Shown here in pieces: positions 59,847 through 64,000 of a stretch of DNA of 64,000 bases; positions within the stretch are counted from its first letter, which is position 1, and each line of letters opens with the position of its first letter. The stretch is from Bacteroidota bacterium (GTDB lineage Bacteria > Bacteroidota > Ignavibacteria > Palsa-1295), in NCBI GenBank assembly GCA_030706385.1, contig JAUZOQ010000006.1:1196-65195 (forward strand), written 5' to 3'. Under the pieces are notes generated by a model, which made no database searches, was not told the origin of the DNA, and saw nothing but the letters and a program-made list of their open reading frames with translations. The translations under genes were made by a program, and so were the position numbers.

Positions 59847-60002
59847 TTCCGGTGTTAGTAGATTTCGCAGTGATTTTCAAACAAAAAAACAGATAAGCTG
59901 AAGAAAACAGAACTTACAAACCGAAGGTTGCTATGAGGGGTTATCTTTGTACGAGATTACTTAACGCAATTGAAATTGCATGAGGAATGTAACAGTATCT
60001 GA

Positions 60003-60920
60003 ATGAATCGCGACCTACTCGGTATTAGACAACTTAGTCAGGCACAGATCACCGATCTTCTTCATAGATCCGATGGTTACTTCCGCCATTTAGATTCTAC
60101 GGAGCCTTTTCCGGATTACAGATTGCTCCACGGCCGGACAATTGCAAACCTCTTCTTCGAGAATTCTACTCGCACACGAACGTCCTTTGAATTAGCTGAG
60201 AAACGGCTTGGCGCTACTTCGATCAGTCTTTCCATGCAGACAAGCAGCCTCACCAAGGGTGAATCATTGATCGATACAATCAATGTTATTTGTGCAATGA
60301 AGGTTGATTGTATTGTAGTTCGGCACAGCTCTTCTGGCGTGCCCCAGCTCCTTCGAAATAATCTTCCACCACATATAAGAATCATCAATGCTGGTGACGG
60401 AGCGCATGAACATCCCACTCAGGCTCTTCTGGATGCTGCGACGTTACTAGAACAACTGGGTTCGCTGAAGGGGAAAAGGATTTTCATTGTAGGTGACATT
60501 TCCCACTCTCGGGTTGCAAGATCAAACATGTTGCTTCTGAAGATGCTCGGCGCCGAAATTACACTGGTTGGGCCCGAGACTCTTCTTCCTAAATACGTTG
60601 AGGAAGTATTCGACGTTCGAGTGCGGACTACCATCGGAGACTCGCTGCACAAAGCAGATGCAGTCATAGCATTACGGATCCAGCAGGAGCGTCAATCGCG
60701 CTCATACTTTCCAAATCTATCGGATTTTCGACTGAGATATGGCCTCACCCCGATCCAATTGAGCGATACTAAGGCTTTTATACTGCATCCCGGGCCGGTC
60801 AATCGAAGCGTAGAATTGGATGACGAGGTGGTGGATTCTGAAAAATCCCTTATTTTGCGGCAAGTCAGACGTGGAGTTGCGATACGGATGGCAGTGCTGG
60901 AATGGCTTTTTGAAGTTTAA
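60003..60920 (+). CDS. pyrB: Aspartate carbamoyltransferase catalytic subunit
   Basis: FFENSTRT, HEHPTQALLD, HPGP. Confidence 0.98.
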   Translation: MNRDLLGIRQLSQAQITDLLHRSDGYFRHLDSTEPFPDYRLLHGRTIANLFFENSTRTRTSFELAEKRLGATSISLSMQTSSLTKGESLIDTINVICAMKVDCIVVRHSSSGVPQLLRNNLPPHIRIINAGDGAHEHPTQALLDAATLLEQLGSLKGKRIFIVGDISHSRVARSNMLLLKMLGAEITLVGPETLLPKYVEEVFDVRVRTTIGDSLHKADAVIALRIQQERQSRSYFPNLSDFRLRYGLTPIQLSDTKAFILHPGPVNRSVELDDEVVDSEKSLILRQVRRGVAIRMAVLEWLFEV

Positions 60921-60931
60921 GAAATTATTGA

Positions 60932-62212
60932 ATGGATATTCTCTTACAAAATTGCAGAATCATCGATCCCGTGACCGATCGTGACGAAGATGGAATTGAT
61001 CTTGAGATCTCGAACGGAATCATAACAGCGATCGGCAAGAAACTCAAGAGTAAACATACCTCTAAGGATTTGCAAGGCGCCCTTGTCGCACCTGGTTTTT
61101 TTGATATGCATGTGCATCTTAGAGAACCTGGGCAGGAGTATAAGGAGACAATTGCAACCGGGACGAATGCCGCCGCACATGGTGGTTTTACAGGTTTGTG
61201 CTGCATGCCGAATACTGATCCTCCGATATCTGATCCATTCGTTGTAAGTTACATAAGAGAAAAGGCGAAAGGGAATATTGTCGATGTCGAGATCTGCGGC
61301 ACCATGACGAAAGGTAGAAAAGGGGACGAACTGGCACCCATGCAGGCCCTTGCCGATGCCGGAGTTAAGATGATATCCGATGATGGCAATGCAGTTGCTA
61401 ATGCAGAAGTGATGCGACGAGTGTTCGAATACGGAAAGATGTTCGATTTTCTTTGTACCGAACATTGCGAAGAGGCTACCATGACGAAGGGCACAGGGAT
61501 GCACGAAGGGAAGGTCTCGACAAAGTTGGGTATCCCTGGTTATCCCTCCGTTGCCGAGGATATCGTTATTGCTCGCGATCTCCTCATTGCTGAATATGTG
61601 GGTGATGTGAGATATCATGTGGCTCATCTTTCAACCCGTAATGCAGTCCGGCTTGTTCGCGAGGCAAAGGCCCGCGGAGTGAAAGTCTCGGCGGAAGTGA
61701 CACCGCATCATTTCACCTTGACCGATGAGGCGGTTGAAAGGCATCAGGCGAATGCAAAGATGAATCCACCATTGCGCGAGCAGCAAGATATTGAGGCAAT
61801 CATCTCCGGCTTGCAGGATGGCACGATCGATTGCATATCCACCGATCATGCCCCGCATGCGGATCATGAAAAGAATACGGACATCATGTCTGCTGCGTAT
61901 GGTATCATCGGCAGCGAAACTGCGATAGGACTTGGACTAACATATCTTGTTCATTCGGGGAAGATATCTCTCCGTACCTATGTTGAAGTTTCTTCTACGA
62001 ACCCACGCAGATTGATGAAACTCTTGCCAATCAAAATTGCGGTGGGCGAAAAGGCAAATCTGACCATTATCGACCTTGATACGGAGTGGACATTCCGCTC
62101 TGAAGATATTTGCTCGAAGTCAAAAAATACTCCATTCATAAGTGCAAAGTTCAAAGGTCGCCCGATCGGAATTGTCAATAACGGACAATTTTTGTGGACG
62201 CGAAAAGATTGA
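60932..62212 (+). CDS. pyrC: Dihydroorotase
   Basis: DMHVHLREPG, MPNT, KMNPPLR, TDHAPH. Confidence 0.96.
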   Translation: MDILLQNCRIIDPVTDRDEDGIDLEISNGIITAIGKKLKSKHTSKDLQGALVAPGFFDMHVHLREPGQEYKETIATGTNAAAHGGFTGLCCMPNTDPPISDPFVVSYIREKAKGNIVDVEICGTMTKGRKGDELAPMQALADAGVKMISDDGNAVANAEVMRRVFEYGKMFDFLCTEHCEEATMTKGTGMHEGKVSTKLGIPGYPSVAEDIVIARDLLIAEYVGDVRYHVAHLSTRNAVRLVREAKARGVKVSAEVTPHHFTLTDEAVERHQANAKMNPPLREQQDIEAIISGLQDGTIDCISTDHAPHADHEKNTDIMSAAYGIIGSETAIGLGLTYLVHSGKISLRTYVEVSSTNPRRLMKLLPIKIAVGEKANLTIIDLDTEWTFRSEDICSKSKNTPFISAKFKGRPIGIVNNGQFLWTRKD

Positions 62213-62692
62213 ATGAAGGCAGGAATGATCAGAGCATTATTTCTAAGGTTGCACGTTACCAGGTTTCGTGCATCTAATCACTCGCGAGGTCTTGCTCTGC
62301 TTGTCGGATTATTTCTACTGACGCTTTTCGCTACATCCAAAGGAGAGTCTCTTCCTGAACATTTGAAGGAATTCACCTCTATTCTTTCTCGCCGGAATTT
62401 AGACTCATTGCGGTTGCTGATCGATCCAACAAAGGTGTATGTTGAAATGGCACCGAAGCCAGGTTCGTACCTTAGTCAGAGTCAGACGCTGGCAGTGGTA
62501 GAGTCATTCTTTCAATCTCATACACCCCTTTCATTTTCGTATTTACTTGTAAGAGAGGTCGCGAATAGCGGTATTGCAATCGGCACTCTCTCGGTATTGG
62601 AAGCCGGACGCAAAATATCGCATAAGATAAACTTTGGTTTCGAAAAAAATAGCCATAATCAATGGCTGTTAGCACGAATCATAATACATTGA
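62213..62692 (+). CDS. Exported protein, DUF4783-like (NTF2-like)
   Basis: Hydrophobic N-terminus; YLSQSQ...V..FF..H.P..F pattern. Confidence 0.5.
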   Translation: MKAGMIRALFLRLHVTRFRASNHSRGLALLVGLFLLTLFATSKGESLPEHLKEFTSILSRRNLDSLRLLIDPTKVYVEMAPKPGSYLSQSQTLAVVESFFQSHTPLSFSYLLVREVANSGIAIGTLSVLEAGRKISHKINFGFEKNSHNQWLLARIIIH

Positions 62693-62705
62693 GGCGCAAC
62701 CTGCT

Positions 62706-64000
62706 GTGGCAGAAAAGATCGAGAAAGGAGTAAGACCCCGCAATACGAATTCTTCGATTGTTCGGAGCGCATTGATGCGGCTTCGTATCGGTCTGCGTCG
62801 TTTTTACAAGCATATTCCCCAAGCGATTCGCTGGTTGCTAGTTACGCTCTTTGCCATCGCGGTTCTCTCGTTTGTCGTGTTGCTCGTTTCGGATCTCATA
62901 GGGTCTTCATCATCCAAAAAGCAACTGACGAAGGAAGCGATCGTCAAGGAGTCGGAGTCCCGAGTATTACAGCTCGCCGCCGCAGTATCTATTCTGCGTG
63001 ATACCATTGGCACAGATTCTATTTTCGTAGAAGAAATAAAAAGCGACATTCCCGCACCAGAACTGTTCGAAACAATATTCCATCTCGATTCTGTCAATGG
63101 GAGCAAGTTTTCAGATATTTATCAATTCCTGGAATCAGGAAAATATCCATTTCTCAAAGGTAGGGGAGTTGCATATTACGACCGGACGAAACACCTGACT
63201 GCCTGGAATTCATCGAAGATCGGAACGGCAAATTTTGACTCGGTATTCTCCTTCGCTTCATTGCTGGAGAAGCGCAGCAAGATGATCTTTCTTGATAATG
63301 AGCAGATCTTTTCCTGGATCGTATCGATCCGAAAGATAATCTCCAAAGATGGTGCTATGCTTGGTTATGTAGCTGCCAAAGCGATGGTTGGCGTACGGTT
63401 CCCCTATGGCGGGACGGATCATCCGCTTACGATTTTCGATGATATAATTGCAAAAGCTGGAAGGGAAGTCCAATTCTCTTTTACTCGCATGCAATCGGAT
63501 TCCGCGCATACAGGAACCACCTATCCGATCTTTTTGGAACCGAATGACTCCTCTTCTGTCGTAGGTTATTTGACAATAGGAGAAGTGCCCGTAATTCAGT
63601 CCACAAGACTTCAGAAAACGGTTGCATTCACCGGAGATTGCGCTTTTAGCATCTTTATCACCATTCTGATTTGGCTTCTGGCCTGGTACATTGCTCAAGG
63701 GGGAGCGGAGAAGGCATCATTTGTTTCCAAAGCGATGAGTCTGGGAGGTGTCTTTCTTTTTCTTGGACTTGGTCGAATGTTGTTGGTCGTAACCGGTTCG
63801 TTGTCGGCAATCTTTCCGCAATCGTTGAATGATCCGCAAGATTTTGCACTAGTTTCTGTATTCGGGTTATTTGCCAATCCTCTGCAACTCTTTACCACAA
63901 TCTTATTTGTAACGACATTCCTTGCGCTGTCATGGGTAATTTATGTGCCGAAGAATTCTTCTTGGAATGCTCCTTCGGGGCAAAGCGAGGAAGCTTCAAT
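62706..64000 (+). CDS. Polytopic membrane protein with a large periplasmic domain, runs off the window end (possible sensor kinase N-terminus; partial, not in the ORF track)
   Basis: Manual translation from GTG 62706 (VAEKIEKG...) gives a TM helix, a soluble domain and further TM helices near the window end; no catalytic domain is visible within the window. Confidence 0.65.
   Translation, partial: MAEKIEKGVRPRNTNSSIVRSALMRLRIGLRRFYKHIPQAIRWLLVTLFAIAVLSFVVLLVSDLIGSSSSKKQLTKEAIVKESESRVLQLAAAVSILRDTIGTDSIFVEEIKSDIPAPELFETIFHLDSVNGSKFSDIYQFLESGKYPFLKGRGVAYYDRTKHLTAWNSSKIGTANFDSVFSFASLLEKRSKMIFLDNEQIFSWIVSIRKIISKDGAMLGYVAAKAMVGVRFPYGGTDHPLTIFDDIIAKAGREVQFSFTRMQSDSAHTGTTYPIFLEPNDSSSVVGYLTIGEVPVIQSTRLQKTVAFTGDCAFSIFITILIWLLAWYIAQGGAEKASFVSKAMSLGGVFLFLGLGRMLLVVTGSLSAIFPQSLNDPQDFALVSVFGLFANPLQLFTTILFVTTFLALSWVIYVPKNSSWNAPSGQSEEAS

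Noticed and set aside
59847..60002. LexA box upstream of uvrA, or PyrR attenuator upstream of pyrB
   Set aside because: No convincing palindrome or terminator/antiterminator structure was found by eye.

Overview
A 64 kb stretch of core bacterial chromosome with no prophage, transposase, integrase or CRISPR array visible. Three T9SS-type C-terminal sorting domains, recurring TAnnTTTG promoter elements and weak Shine-Dalgarno signals point to the Bacteroidota/Ignavibacteriota/Kapabacteria lineage (inference). Housekeeping content: polA, rplJ-rplL, metK, the yceD-rpmF-plsX-fabH-fabD-(DUF3109)-fabG-acpP-fabF-rnc cluster, tRNA-Leu(CAG), sdhA, an AddA-like helicase-nuclease, pruA, cyaY, uvrA and pyrB-pyrC. 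The best candidate for an undescribed system is a three-gene minus-strand operon (52656-56189) of signal-peptide-bearing proteins built from phage-tail-fibre-like motifs. It has a consensus sigma-54 promoter (56270-56285) and its own terminator, and a fourth, unlinked mosaic fibre gene (4319-6478) shares several of the same modules. Other leads: an unassigned ~115-nt structured RNA candidate (1216-1330), a T9SS gene bracketed by near-identical palindromes, an exported TldD/PmbA pair, and an ECF anti-sigma with a possible outer-membrane barrel tail. All family assignments are by eye from motifs; no database searches were run.
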